Shown one piece after another: positions 38,972 through 48,721 of a stretch of DNA of 64,000 nucleotides; position 1 is the stretch's first letter; each line of letters begins with the position of its first letter. A program made the translations under genes and the position numbers. Under the pieces are notes generated by a model. That model did no database searches. It saw only the letters and a program-made list of their open reading frames with translations, and had not been told where the DNA came from. Location: IMG/VR virus record IMGVR_UViG_3300028364_000013. One strand, given 5' to 3'. The DNA comes from a virus. Its lineage: Duplodnaviria > Caudoviricetes.

Positions 38972-38992
38972 TGACGACAAAACTTTAAATAT

Positions 38993-39283
38993 ATGATGAA
39001 TCAAAAAGAATGGCTTGAAAGAGCAGTAAAATTTGACTTAGGAGAGTGCATTTTTTACAAAAGACCCATTGTAATTGAAAGAAGATTGCAAATAGATGAT
39101 ACTGAAAAATGGGTTCTGAAAATGCACGAATGGGTATTGGGTAAAGATGGTGAATTTCATAGAGAACCAATGCCGTCAAGTAGAACTGATGAATTTATTG
39201 AGAACACAAGATTTAACAGCCCTGACGAATGCCATTCTTTTTGGGTTGAAAACGTGAACTCTGAAAAACCATTGTACGCTTAG
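38993..39283 (+). CDS. hypothetical protein
   Basis: ORF. Confidence 0.8.
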   Translation: MMNQKEWLERAVKFDLGECIFYKRPIVIERRLQIDDTEKWVLKMHEWVLGKDGEFHREPMPSSRTDEFIENTRFNSPDECHSFWVENVNSEKPLYA

Positions 39284-39377
39284 CATTGTGTACAACGTAT
39301 TGCTATATGAATAGTGCGACATTAAATGCACGGAACCTTGAATTAATAACAGAACTAAATAATTAAATTTCTAAAAA

Positions 39378-39617
39378 ATGAAAACATACTTAAATATTGA
39401 ATTGCCTAAAAACTTTATGAATGTAGGAATTACTAATAATAACGAATTAGTAGCCGACACAAACAATAGTGCTGAATGGGACACTTTAAAATTTCCACTA
39501 CCAAAAGGTAAATGGAGAATACATAGTTATAAGGCGGAATTAGATACGCAGACTACAAAAACAATACTAAAGTTAATTGATACTAGAAGTTGGATACGTA
39601 GATTTTTAGAAATTTAA
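39378..39617 (+). CDS. hypothetical protein
   Basis: ORF between attC-like relics. Confidence 0.75.
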   Translation: MKTYLNIELPKNFMNVGITNNNELVADTNNSAEWDTLKFPLPKGKWRIHSYKAELDTQTTKTILKLIDTRSWIRRFLEI

Positions 39618-39650
39618 TTATGGCATTAAAAGCACTAAACTTTAATTACA

Positions 39651-39751
39651 GCACGAACGTTTTGTGTATGTGTAGTAAGGCTATGCACGTACATTGAATA
39701 GAAGAGCTGAACTAATTTAGCCTTATTACATATACACTTTGTTAGCGTTTC
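39651..39751 (+). mobile_element. attC-like site
   Basis: GCACGAAC; arms GTGTATGTGTAGTAAGGCTA / TAGCCTTATTACATATACAC; GTTAGCG. Confidence 0.65.
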
Positions 39752-39783
39752 GTTTTTGAGCGTTGGCAGTAAACAACAATAAA

Positions 39784-40053
39784 ATGAAAAAAGTAGATAA
39801 AAATTTATGGGTATGTACAACTGCTGATATTAAAAAATCAAAACCATCAGACTTTGGAAATGGTGCAGTAATATACGTGAAACCTAATACTAAGGGTGAT
39901 TATAAGTATATTATAAATTTAGACAAAAAAGGATATAAAACATATTCTCTTGGAAGTAGGGTTGAAGATGCTAATACTGGTAAAAAACTAACAACGGCAG
40001 GTTCTAAAAAAGGTATGCGACCATATTTTATAGACGATTTTTTAAGTAGATAG
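39784..40053 (+). CDS. hypothetical cassette protein
   Basis: ORF between two attC-like sites. Confidence 0.75.
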   Translation: MKKVDKNLWVCTTADIKKSKPSDFGNGAVIYVKPNTKGDYKYIINLDKKGYKTYSLGSRVEDANTGKKLTTAGSKKGMRPYFIDDFLSR

Positions 40054-40069
40054 AAATGCGTTGGCAAAT

Positions 40070-40135
40070 GAACGCTAACGTTTTGTGTATGTGTAGTAGC
40101 GAGGCACGAGCTATGCACTATATTTTGTGTTGTGC
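40070..40135 (+). mobile_element. attC-like site
   Basis: ACGCTAAC; GTGTATGTGTAGTAGC / GCTATGCACTATAT; GTTGTGC. Confidence 0.65.
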
Positions 40136-40167
40136 TTAGTTTTTGTTGCGACTTTATGTGTACTGCA

Positions 40168-40199
40168 TTTGGTACTCTCAATTTTATTTAGTACCTTTG
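40168..40199 (+). promoter_or_regulatory. Bacteroidota housekeeping-sigma promoter
   Basis: TTTG-N20-TACCTTTG. Confidence 0.75.
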
Positions 40200-40207
40200 T
40201 TGGTACA

Positions 40208-40417
40208 ATGATTAATTATAGAACTATGGTGATTTATGCAATACAGCTTAGTAATAGCGTTGAAACTTCTTATGACTTAAACGTTATAGAACGGAAAGCA
40301 AAGAAATACGCTGAACAAAAAAAGACAGCAACTATAACCGAGAACGGAAACGAGATTGGATGGATAGGTGAGGATTTAACTAAAATAAAAGGTTGGGGAT
40401 GGAATATAAAGAAATAA
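40208..40417 (+). CDS. hypothetical protein
   Basis: ORF after host-type promoter. Confidence 0.65.
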   Translation: MINYRTMVIYAIQLSNSVETSYDLNVIERKAKKYAEQKKTATITENGNEIGWIGEDLTKIKGWGWNIKK

Positions 40418-40623
40418 CAGCATTTGAACTTTGCGGAAACTACCAAGACCAAAAGTTTAAGTTGAAAGGTGGTAGAGTTGTGTGGGAAAGCATTTCTTAT
40501 GCTCAAAATACAGATAAATGTTACTTAACTCGAATAGTAAAAAGCGGTGGAAAACCTTTTATTTTAGGATTGAGGTACAAAAGTATGTATGTGAAACCCG
40601 AAACAAAGGTTATAGTGTTATGA
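40399..40623 (+). CDS. hypothetical protein
   Basis: ORF. Confidence 0.65.
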   Translation: MEYKEITAFELCGNYQDQKFKLKGGRVVWESISYAQNTDKCYLTRIVKSGGKPFILGLRYKSMYVKPETKVIVL

Positions 40624-40844
40624 GTATAGAAGAATTTTTAAAAGACAGACCAAGCCTTTCTTTGCGTAGACTGGAAACAGAGGCTGATTTGCCAACTAAA
40701 ACTTTAAGTCATTACGTTAATGGTAGAAGAAAATTGAGTGCTGAACATATTGAAAAACTGACGCCTGTATTGTCGAAGTACGGATTTAAGCAACAATTTG
40801 AAAATGATGGATGGTCAGTTGACGACTTGTTGGCCAAGTTGTAA
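40620..40844 (+). CDS. XRE/Cro-like HTH protein
   Basis: SLRRLETEADLPTKTLSHYVNGRRKLS; stop inside next pA. Confidence 0.75.
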   Translation: MSIEEFLKDRPSLSLRRLETEADLPTKTLSHYVNGRRKLSAEHIEKLTPVLSKYGFKQQFENDGWSVDDLLAKL

Positions 40845-40904
40845 CTTTTTAAATTCCTGTCGTTATACCAGTACCTAAGAATAATTAATTAAAACCTCAA
40901 AATT

Positions 40905-41420
40905 ATGCGTTACTTCAACGAAATGAGCATGACTCTGCTTATTCAACAAAACGAGAGTCTTCAAAAAGAATTTGCTAACCTTGGCTATGATGCCAGTGAA
41001 AAGGGATTAGAGCAAATAAAACTTCTTATTAACAACCATTTTCTGAACCACAAGTGCAAGAAAGTACTAACAAAGATTTTCAAAGAACACGTTGAGAATG
41101 CCACAGGATATATTCCAGCAATGTATGACGGCTTTGATGATGTATGCAGTGTATTTGAACCTTTTGAAGGTCAACGTTTCTACACTTACTCTATTGATGA
41201 GAGAAACGGAGAATACGAATACACCCACAAAGGAGTTGTTGCATTGGATGATGGAACAAACGCTGATGAGTGGCTTGAAGAGTATACAAGCGACTTCTAC
41301 GGTGGCGGTGGAGATGAAGAAGATGGTGGCTACTGGTTCAATGGAGAAATTATGTGTTTCGCAGGTGGAACGCAGGAGATTTCTAAGGATGTTTTTGATG
41401 TAGTAAAGAAATACATTTAA
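40905..41420 (+). CDS. hypothetical protein
   Basis: after pA. Confidence 0.8.
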   Translation: MRYFNEMSMTLLIQQNESLQKEFANLGYDASEKGLEQIKLLINNHFLNHKCKKVLTKIFKEHVENATGYIPAMYDGFDDVCSVFEPFEGQRFYTYSIDERNGEYEYTHKGVVALDDGTNADEWLEEYTSDFYGGGGDEEDGGYWFNGEIMCFAGGTQEISKDVFDVVKKYI

Positions 41421-41532
41421 TAATACAGGGGGGCAGAAATGTCCCCTTTGTGCGTTTACGCCAAGTAGCTAAGCGGATTGTAACTTTTTAAATTCCTGTC
41501 GTTATAACCTTGAGCATTAAAAACTTCAACAA

Positions 41533-42051
41533 ATGAAAAACGTAAAGATTATTCAATTAACAATAGTATTTGATAGACTATTACAATTTAGCCCAAACAT
41601 TGGCGCAGTAACTCTAAGCAGGGGCGGTAGAGAATACATTTTAGATGTATGTTATAGCGAAACCTATGGAGAACCTGATTGTGGAGAAGCAACAGAAATT
41701 ATTTGTAAACTTGAAGTTGACAAAGAAATTTTTGAAGACTGTAAGTACGACTTAACACAGGAAGATTTGTTAAGCGAAGATTTGTTAGCCTTATTCTTTG
41801 TAGAAAGTGATGAAGAAGAATTTGAAATTGAAAGTATTAAATTAGAATTTGAAATTGATGGAGAACGAAAGTCAATTGATGCTCACAATGAAATGGAATA
41901 CGAAGAGTCAACTGTGACGGCTATGGACGTTCTTAATTGGCACGGAAGTGACCACAGCATTGAAGAACTTGCTCAAGTGCTGGCTGATGTTGTAAATGGA
42001 AAGTATAACTTTGTGCTTTGTAGAGAAGAAATTCTTAACCTAAAAGGATAA
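41533..42051 (+). CDS. hypothetical acidic protein
   Basis: after pA. Confidence 0.8.
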   Translation: MKNVKIIQLTIVFDRLLQFSPNIGAVTLSRGGREYILDVCYSETYGEPDCGEATEIICKLEVDKEIFEDCKYDLTQEDLLSEDLLALFFVESDEEEFEIESIKLEFEIDGERKSIDAHNEMEYEESTVTAMDVLNWHGSDHSIEELAQVLADVVNGKYNFVLCREEILNLKG

Positions 42052-42108
42052 TTGTAACTTTTTAAATACTCATCGTTATACAAATATAACACTTTAAAAC
42101 CTCAACAA

Positions 42109-42453
42109 ATGAAAATTTTAAAAAAAGGAAACGCATTCATTGCGTACAGAACACAAAAAGGAGAACTTGGCTCTCCAATTGCAGAAGCAGGCTCAGAGAT
42201 TGGAAGAATTTCAATTACTACTGGTAAATATACAGGAGGAACAGGTGCGCTTGTAGAACTTTCAAAACACCTTGACGATTTCAATAAACCAAAAGAAGAA
42301 GAACTTCAAAAACTTGTTGATGAAGTTATAGAGCAAGTGGTAGCAGATGCTAACTCTGGCGATACAACGGTATTGGACGAAATTCTAAAGAATGTACCAA
42401 AAGAAGTATTAATTCAAAGCCTACCCGAAGAAGCGTGGGCAAAATATAAATAA
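42109..42453 (+). CDS. hypothetical protein
   Basis: after pA. Confidence 0.8.
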   Translation: MKILKKGNAFIAYRTQKGELGSPIAEAGSEIGRISITTGKYTGGTGALVELSKHLDDFNKPKEEELQKLVDEVIEQVVADANSGDTTVLDEILKNVPKEVLIQSLPEEAWAKYK

Positions 42454-42473
42454 ACCTCAAAAACTAAAACCTC

Positions 42474-42839
42474 ATGGGAGTATTTGCAGAAGGTAGCATA
42501 CAAATATACCTTAACAGCGAAGAAGAAGCTGTAAAAGTATGCGAAATGATTAAGAACATTAAAGAGCGAACCGATAAACGCCTAAAGCAAGATGGTCACT
42601 TTGCTGTTCACGATTCGGATGTACACGGAGAAATGGTCGAGATAAGACTTTCCTCTGGTAGAACTCAAAACTGTGAATTTCAAATGGAAATGGTTGTTGA
42701 CGAACTTAAAGTAATGGTCCAGTCTGGAGAAATTACAGAAGTTGCAGAGTACAGCTCCAGCATGATGATAGACGGTGGAGGTCAGTACATGGAAACAGAA
42801 GATTTCCTCGAACCTCCAAGACAGCCTAAAGAAGAATAA
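42474..42839 (+). CDS. hypothetical protein
   Basis: ORF. Confidence 0.8.
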   Translation: MGVFAEGSIQIYLNSEEEAVKVCEMIKNIKERTDKRLKQDGHFAVHDSDVHGEMVEIRLSSGRTQNCEFQMEMVVDELKVMVQSGEITEVAEYSSSMMIDGGGQYMETEDFLEPPRQPKEE

Positions 42840-42910
42840 GCCTACAAGCCTCCGTAACAGGGGGCTTTTTTGTGCTTTGTAACTTTTTGAATTCCTATCG
42901 TTATACACAT

Positions 42911-42963
42911 GGAGACGGGCACGACATTCAAAAATGGCGGAAGAGTAGACTCCAACCTGCCTT
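42911..42963 (+). ncRNA. candidate sRNA, GAGTAGACTCCA family (copy C)
   Basis: own pA; near-identical to copy A. Confidence 0.6.
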
Positions 42964-43060
42964 AAACTTTTTTGACCTATATTTTATTGTTTTAGGCGTT
43001 TTGTAACTTTTTGAATTGCCATCGTTATATAGTCATAACCAATAAAAAAACATTAAGACA

Positions 43061-43255
43061 ATGGCAGTTTATACACTACATAACAACTCTGGAGATTACC
43101 TGCACGCCAAGTCAATAAGCAAGCAAAAAATGATTGATGCCTGCAATAGTTTGAGATTTGGAGCAAAAGTTTGTGAAGAGTATTTAGCTCCATCTCCCTG
43201 GGATAAAGCAAAAATTACCAAGCACGCTAGAGAAATTTATAACAATAAAAAATAA
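43061..43255 (+). CDS. hypothetical protein
   Basis: after pA. Confidence 0.75.
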   Translation: MAVYTLHNNSGDYLHAKSISKQKMIDACNSLRFGAKVCEEYLAPSPWDKAKITKHAREIYNNKK

Positions 43256-43262
43256 GAAAGCA

Positions 43263-43493
43263 ATGTCAAGATTTAGAATTAAAGATAGAGATACAGTTAA
43301 AGCAACAGCAACCTGCTCAAGAAGTGGAAAGCTTTTAGCAACACTATACGATAGTGGCTTTACAACAATTAATAGCGCTAGGTCAGCTTTGATGAGGAAG
43401 ATACCCTTCTATGGCGGAAAGTTAATAAGCATTTCAATTACAAATATTGATGAAGAGACACATAAGTCTTTTGACGTTAAAGTAAACCGATAG
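43263..43493 (+). CDS. hypothetical protein, paralog of 46761-46982
   Basis: shared FRIK.DT.KAT..CS.S.K.LA..YDSGFT...SALMRKIPFY. Confidence 0.8.
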   Translation: MSRFRIKDRDTVKATATCSRSGKLLATLYDSGFTTINSARSALMRKIPFYGGKLISISITNIDEETHKSFDVKVNR

Positions 43494-43550
43494 TTTGTAA
43501 CTTTTTAAATTCCTGTCGTTATACACTTGTAACCAATAAAAACATTAGAC

Positions 43551-44357
43551 ATGAAGACTGTAAAATTAAACAACAAGACTTATTATATTGACGGTGTTTC
43601 AGGAGCACTTAAGGAGCTGTTGAATAGAGCCAGCAAAGAACGCAAAGAAGCTCTTTTATTCGAACAGCCAGAAGCAATTTGCTTTTACAACCACAAAAAC
43701 TTTCAGGGCAACCCAGATTACTTAGGTGATGCTGTAGGAATTCTTGAGAATGTTAAACAACCAACAGCTCAACAGGTACGCCACGCAATGATATGGGGTC
43801 TTGGATACCCAGGTGAAGGTCTGGATTACATGATTAAAGCAGGAGGTGAAAGTAATTCTGATAGTATGTTCTCTTCATGCCTTAAGGTAATGATAGCTCA
43901 CCCAAAGACTGGTCTGGATACTGATGTTGTTGTTCTTAAGAAGTACAGCACAAAAATTGAAGACGTTTATATTACTGAGGCTGAGGTACGTGAATTATAC
44001 AAATTGTGCCAAACGCCAGAAGAGACAAAAAAGATTAACCAGACAAAGGTTGAAGGAGCTATTGGAATGCTCTGGAGAACTTTCCAAGGCTTCAAAGTTA
44101 ACATTAGTGGAAACAATAGAATTGCAACAAAGAAGCACGTTGAAATGATGACGCAGTTTCTTTTTGAAGTTGGTACGCCAGAAGCAATTGAAATTCATAT
44201 TAATAGAATGATTAAGAACCAAACTCGAAACCTTTCCACAACTTTAAATGAAGAGGCTTCAAGCCAGACAACAGCAGAATTTCACGCAACAGCAAGAGAG
44301 AGGTTGGCATTGCTTGACAATTTCAAAGTCTCCCTATTAGATAGGCAAGCAGCATAA
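43551..44357 (+). CDS. hypothetical protein
   Basis: 268 aa ORF after pA. Confidence 0.85.
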   Translation: MKTVKLNNKTYYIDGVSGALKELLNRASKERKEALLFEQPEAICFYNHKNFQGNPDYLGDAVGILENVKQPTAQQVRHAMIWGLGYPGEGLDYMIKAGGESNSDSMFSSCLKVMIAHPKTGLDTDVVVLKKYSTKIEDVYITEAEVRELYKLCQTPEETKKINQTKVEGAIGMLWRTFQGFKVNISGNNRIATKKHVEMMTQFLFEVGTPEAIEIHINRMIKNQTRNLSTTLNEEASSQTTAEFHATARERLALLDNFKVSLLDRQAA

Positions 44358-44447
44358 GTAAAGTCTCCCTTTGTGCGTTTACGCCAAGTAGCGAAGCGGA
44401 TTGTAACTTTTTAAATAATAATCGTTATAAAATAAAAACACGATACC

Positions 44448-44810
44448 ATGAACAAAGAAATTTACCAAGGAATTACCAAAGATGACGTATGGGGTGAATA
44501 CACTGAAGCAGGTGACCCAAGAGGTTCTCACAAAAAGATTAGTCAAGGAATGATTATAGCTCAAGGAATTCCTTATAAGCCAAACTCACCAGAAGGTAAA
44601 GACCTTTCAAAAAAGATTGGCGTTCCTGCTATTTGTCCAATAACAAAAAAGACTCTACCTTATAAGAGTGTAAGTGTTGTATGCAAAGCAGAAGACCAAG
44701 GAGCAGTTGAATACTGGTTGGAATATGTACACGGAGCACACAGCATTGATGGTACAGCAACGCTTGATGATGGTAAGGTTGTTATAATTTCTAACTATAT
44801 GTGTTGGTAG
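44448..44810 (+). CDS. hypothetical protein
   Basis: after pA. Confidence 0.8.
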   Translation: MNKEIYQGITKDDVWGEYTEAGDPRGSHKKISQGMIIAQGIPYKPNSPEGKDLSKKIGVPAICPITKKTLPYKSVSVVCKAEDQGAVEYWLEYVHGAHSIDGTATLDDGKVVIISNYMCW

Positions 44811-44868
44811 TTTTGTAACTTTTTAAATCCGTGTCGTTATATACTTGTAACATAAAAAATATAACAAC

Positions 44869-45429
44869 ATGAGTATTAAAAACACATTGGCGACAGCCTC
44901 AGAATTAAAGATTACTTTAAAAAAGTTAAAGACCTTTCCAGGACATGATGGAATGGAGGGATTTGACGCAGATATTTGTGTGGATGGCAAAGCTGTCCTG
45001 CACGTATATGACAGCGCACATGGTGGATGCTTTGAGTACAGCCCAATTGGAACTGACTACAAACAAGCAAGAAACGTTGAGGCTGAATTAGAAGAGAAGT
45101 TGAAAACCTTTCCTGAACATGAAACAGAGATGGGTGGTGGACGAACTTACTCAAGCCGTGATACACTTGATTGTGTAATTGGTGCGCTTGTTTCTGAAGC
45201 AGGATTTCAAAAACAATTAAATAGAGATGCTAAAAAAGGAATTCTTATTGAAGTACCGAATGGCTACAGCATTATTTCATTCAAAGCAGGTACAATTACA
45301 GCAATGCTTAAAAAGTACAAGCAGGAGGCTGTGGCAACTATGCTTCAGGGCGTAGTGAAGAGAGAACTTAAAGCAGGAAACAAAATTCTAAACTTAGAAT
45401 ACCTAAAGTCAATAGGTGTAAAAGCATAA
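44869..45429 (+). CDS. hypothetical protein
   Basis: after pA. Confidence 0.85.
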   Translation: MSIKNTLATASELKITLKKLKTFPGHDGMEGFDADICVDGKAVLHVYDSAHGGCFEYSPIGTDYKQARNVEAELEEKLKTFPEHETEMGGGRTYSSRDTLDCVIGALVSEAGFQKQLNRDAKKGILIEVPNGYSIISFKAGTITAMLKKYKQEAVATMLQGVVKRELKAGNKILNLEYLKSIGVKA

Positions 45430-45512
45430 AACTAAAGCCCTCATTGACGTGGGGGCTTTTTGTAACTTTTTAAATTACCATCGTTATACACTTGAACTAA
45501 TAAAAAAACATT

Positions 45513-45725
45513 ATGAAAAAATTAATTTTTACAGTAGAAATAGAATTTGAAGATAAGGTGTGTTCAGATGGAGATATTCGTGAAGTCATGCACAATGTTG
45601 CAGATGGTTTGTCATTTGCAGCTGATAGAGAAGGGCTTGCACCTGAAGATAGTGAAACATTTACAAGAAAAATTAAAGTTTCTTCAAGTGTTATTGATGA
45701 TTCTGTTGAGAAAGTTATAGTTTAA
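45513..45725 (+). CDS. hypothetical protein
   Basis: after pA. Confidence 0.8.
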   Translation: MKKLIFTVEIEFEDKVCSDGDIREVMHNVADGLSFAADREGLAPEDSETFTRKIKVSSSVIDDSVEKVIV

Positions 45726-45782
45726 TTGTAACTTTTTAAATTGCCATCGTTATACAAGTGAACCAATAAACAAATACATATT

Positions 45783-46592
45783 ATGAAAATAATTCAAAAA
45801 AGTGATTTTTACAAAGTAGCATTAGCAGCAATAATTGTTGAGAAGGGATTCAACGTCAGAACAGACCTTGGAGACATTGATGCGCTCGCTCAGTCAATTG
45901 CAAAACTTGGACAGCAGACTCCAATTATTGCAACGAAAGTTCGTGGAGAGGACAAATTCCTCTTGACAGCAGGACACCGTAGATTGGCAGCAATTGCGAT
46001 TGCCAACAAAAAGTATGGTGCAAACATTACTCACGTAAATGTGATGAGCGCAAAAGGAGATGAGAAAGGTCGTGTCTTAACAATGTTGCTTGATGGAGAG
46101 GCTTCAAAGAAACTTTCAGCCTCTGAGATGGCTACTGGGTTTGCAAGACTTAAAGCAATGGGAATGAAGCCGTTGGAGATTGGTGCAAACGTAGGTCTTT
46201 CACAAGCGCAGGTGTACAACATTATTAATGTCACCAAAGCACCTCAGACCATTCAAGACATGGTTGAGAAAGGATTGATTTCTGTGGCTCTTGTGAATGA
46301 GATTCAGAGAACAACCAAAGACCCAGAAGAGCAAGTGAAGTTGGCAGAAGAGGCTGTGGCAAATGCGAATGTTGATGCAGGGGATGAGGATGGAGAGCCA
46401 AAGAAAAAGAAGGCTACCTCAGCAAATGCTAACACAAAGAAATTGTCAGCGGATGTTGCCAAGTTGGAAGCAGCAATTGAACTTGCAATTGAGGATAACC
46501 CTGCAAGTGGTAAAGCAGCAGTACTTAAAGCAATTGTTAACAAATTGAAGTCTAAGGCTTCGGCAGAAGATATTGCCAAGCTATTGAAATAA
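45783..46592 (+). CDS. ParB/Spo0J-like protein with HTH
   Basis: FNVR...LAQSIAKLGQQTPI...LTAGHRRLAA; central HTH (GMKPLEIGANVGLSQAQV). Confidence 0.85.
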   Translation: MKIIQKSDFYKVALAAIIVEKGFNVRTDLGDIDALAQSIAKLGQQTPIIATKVRGEDKFLLTAGHRRLAAIAIANKKYGANITHVNVMSAKGDEKGRVLTMLLDGEASKKLSASEMATGFARLKAMGMKPLEIGANVGLSQAQVYNIINVTKAPQTIQDMVEKGLISVALVNEIQRTTKDPEEQVKLAEEAVANANVDAGDEDGEPKKKKATSANANTKKLSADVAKLEAAIELAIEDNPASGKAAVLKAIVNKLKSKASAEDIAKLLK

Positions 46593-46629
46593 GATTGATA
46601 GGGAGGAATTCACACCTCTCCCTTTTTTC

Positions 46630-46699
46630 GCTCCTATCAGTTGGTAGAAAGCTGGGCTTCTAAAACCCGCAGTCCACGGTTCGAACCCGTGTGGGAGCA
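46630..46699 (+). tRNA. degenerate tRNA with CTA (amber) anticodon
   Basis: GCTCCTA/TGGGAGC acceptor, TGGGC-TTCTAAA-ACCCG, CACGG-TTCGAAC-CCGTG; D arm shortened. Confidence 0.55.
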
Positions 46700-46760
46700 C
46701 AAGTTGTAACTTTTTAAATCACCATCGTTATATAATTAACTAATAAAAAACCAAAATAAA

Positions 46761-46982
46761 ATGTTTAGAATTAAAGAAACAGATACAATTAAAGCAACTG
46801 TATGTTGCTCAAAAAGTAGAAAAATTTTAGCTTCAGTATATGATAGCGGATTTACAAGAATTAGCCAAGTTGAGTCAGCGTTAATGAGAAAGATACCTTT
46901 CTACAGCGGTAAATTGCTATATGTTTCGATTGTAAATATAGACAAAGAACTATGTAAGACTTTTGATGTTAAGGTTAACTGA
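46761..46982 (+). CDS. hypothetical protein, paralog of 43263-43493
   Basis: after pA; sequence similarity visible by eye. Confidence 0.8.
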   Translation: MFRIKETDTIKATVCCSKSRKILASVYDSGFTRISQVESALMRKIPFYSGKLLYVSIVNIDKELCKTFDVKVN

Positions 46983-46995
46983 TAGAATTGTAGGG

Positions 46996-47151
46996 ATGTC
47001 TCACCCAGTTGTGGGTCACGGAAGAGTTAAGAAGGATAAGATTCTAATTCGAAGTCTCCCTAAGTGGTACCAGAAATTTGGATTCGTTAAGACTCCTGAA
47101 TACACTGAGAAAAAAAAAAAAACGTACAATGTTGTACACTCCAAAAACTAA
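46996..47151 (+). CDS. small basic protein
   Basis: ORF containing an A13 run of uncertain length. Confidence 0.55.
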   Translation: MSHPVVGHGRVKKDKILIRSLPKWYQKFGFVKTPEYTEKKKKTYNVVHSKN

Positions 47152-47156
47152 ATAAC

Positions 47157-47525
47157 ATGAGCAGCATAGATAATAAATTCGAACAGTACCTGAATACCTT
47201 GGACCAAGTAGTGGCAAATATGTTAAGAGCAGCTGTTGAAGTAATTCCACAGGACCAGAGAAGAAAGTTCATTATTGATAACTGTCCAGTGAAAGCCCCT
47301 GTAGCAAATGACGCTAACTCAGACATGGCAGAGCACTGCTTGCCTGAAGAACCTAAGTCAAGAATATGGACTGTTGAAGTTTGTCGAACAACTCACGCCT
47401 TCAGAACAATGAAAGTTGTAGCAACAACTGAACAAGAAGCTTGTGAGAATGCAATTGACGCTGCTGGTGATGTAGAGTTCGGAAGTGGTGAGGCAGATTA
47501 TTCAACTCCAGACGGAGCATACTAA
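47157..47525 (+). CDS. hypothetical protein
   Basis: ORF. Confidence 0.75.
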   Translation: MSSIDNKFEQYLNTLDQVVANMLRAAVEVIPQDQRRKFIIDNCPVKAPVANDANSDMAEHCLPEEPKSRIWTVEVCRTTHAFRTMKVVATTEQEACENAIDAAGDVEFGSGEADYSTPDGAY

Positions 47526-47623
47526 AATTATAAATTTAGAAAACGTTCTTTGAAGTATTGTTTTATAAAAATAGAAAACAGAGTTATTTTGGTTTTTCAT
47601 TTTTATTTTATATATTTATTAAT

Positions 47624-48721
47624 ATGAAAGATATATTAATAAAATTTAAAAAGGTTCATGGTGAATTGTATGATTATTCATACGTAGATTATAAAGACAG
47701 ATTAACTAAAGTAGCTATAGGGTGTAAAGTTCATGGTGAATTCCTTCAAACTACAGCAGCCCACATTAGTGGCCAAGGTTGTCCAGAGTGTGGTAAAATT
47801 AAAAGAAGGATAGGGAAGAGAATTACTTTTGATGACTTCCTGATAAGAGCTAAAGATAAACATGGAAACAAATTTTCTTATAATAAAGAATCTTATGTTG
47901 ATATAGAAAAAGCTTTTGTTATTGTATGCCCTAATCATGGTGAGTTTACACAGTCTCCCAAAACTCATATAAAGAGTCACGGTTGTCCAAGATGTGGAAA
48001 CAACTCTGCATCACACAAACTCTCCCTTACTCGTCAAGAGTTTGTAGATAAAACTATCAGCGTTCATGGTGACAAATTCATTTATGATAAAGTCAAATAT
48101 ATCAACAATAGAACTCCTATTATTATAACTTGTAAGTTTCATGGAGATTTTAATCAAAAACCTAATTATCATTTATCTGGAAATGGTTGTCCTAAATGTG
48201 GAGGCACCTCTAAACTTTCTCTTGAAGGCTTTATAGATAGGAGTAATTTGATTCACGATTTTAAATATGATTACTCTAAATCAGAATTAATCAATAGCAA
48301 AAAAAAAGTTAAAATAATTTGCTTAAAGCATGGAGAATTTATGCAATCTCCCTCTCACCATATGATGGGCTCAGGATGCCCAACATGTAATGAGTCTAAA
48401 GGAGAAAAGTTGGTTGCAAAAATTCTTAAAGAAAAAAGCGTTAACTTTGTAAGACAAAAGAGATTTAAATATTGCAAAAATAAAGCAGTTCTCCCTTTTG
48501 ATTTTTATTTACCAGACTTAAATGTTTTGATTGAATTTGATGGTGCGCAGCATTTTTATCCTTGGAGATTAAAAGATACAGAAGTTGCAAAATTAAAACT
48601 TAAGAAGACACAAGAAAATGACCTTATCAAGACTGAATTTTGTAAAAAAAATGAAATTAAATTATTAAGAATTCGTTTTGATGAGAATGTTAAAAATAAA
48701 TTAGATAAACTATTAAAATGA
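47624..48721 (+). CDS. homing-endonuclease-like protein: tandem C-x2-HG zinc-finger repeats (DUF723-like) plus C-terminal PD-(D/E)xK/DUF559-like nuclease
   Basis: four C..HGEF.Q....H..G.GCP.C repeats; PFDFYLPDLNVLIEFDGAQH. Confidence 0.8.
   Translation: MKDILIKFKKVHGELYDYSYVDYKDRLTKVAIGCKVHGEFLQTTAAHISGQGCPECGKIKRRIGKRITFDDFLIRAKDKHGNKFSYNKESYVDIEKAFVIVCPNHGEFTQSPKTHIKSHGCPRCGNNSASHKLSLTRQEFVDKTISVHGDKFIYDKVKYINNRTPIIITCKFHGDFNQKPNYHLSGNGCPKCGGTSKLSLEGFIDRSNLIHDFKYDYSKSELINSKKKVKIICLKHGEFMQSPSHHMMGSGCPTCNESKGEKLVAKILKEKSVNFVRQKRFKYCKNKAVLPFDFYLPDLNVLIEFDGAQHFYPWRLKDTEVAKLKLKKTQENDLIKTEFCKKNEIKLLRIRFDENVKNKLDKLLK

Noticed and set aside
3084-47123. Programmed frameshifting or phase variation at homopolymers (3084, 7337, 8514, 11950, 34982, 47110; also the A-run at 11-30)
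   Set aside because: These are indels or long runs in A/T homopolymers of unrelated small genes with no obvious stimulatory structure, typical of long-read consensus errors. Read-level data are needed.
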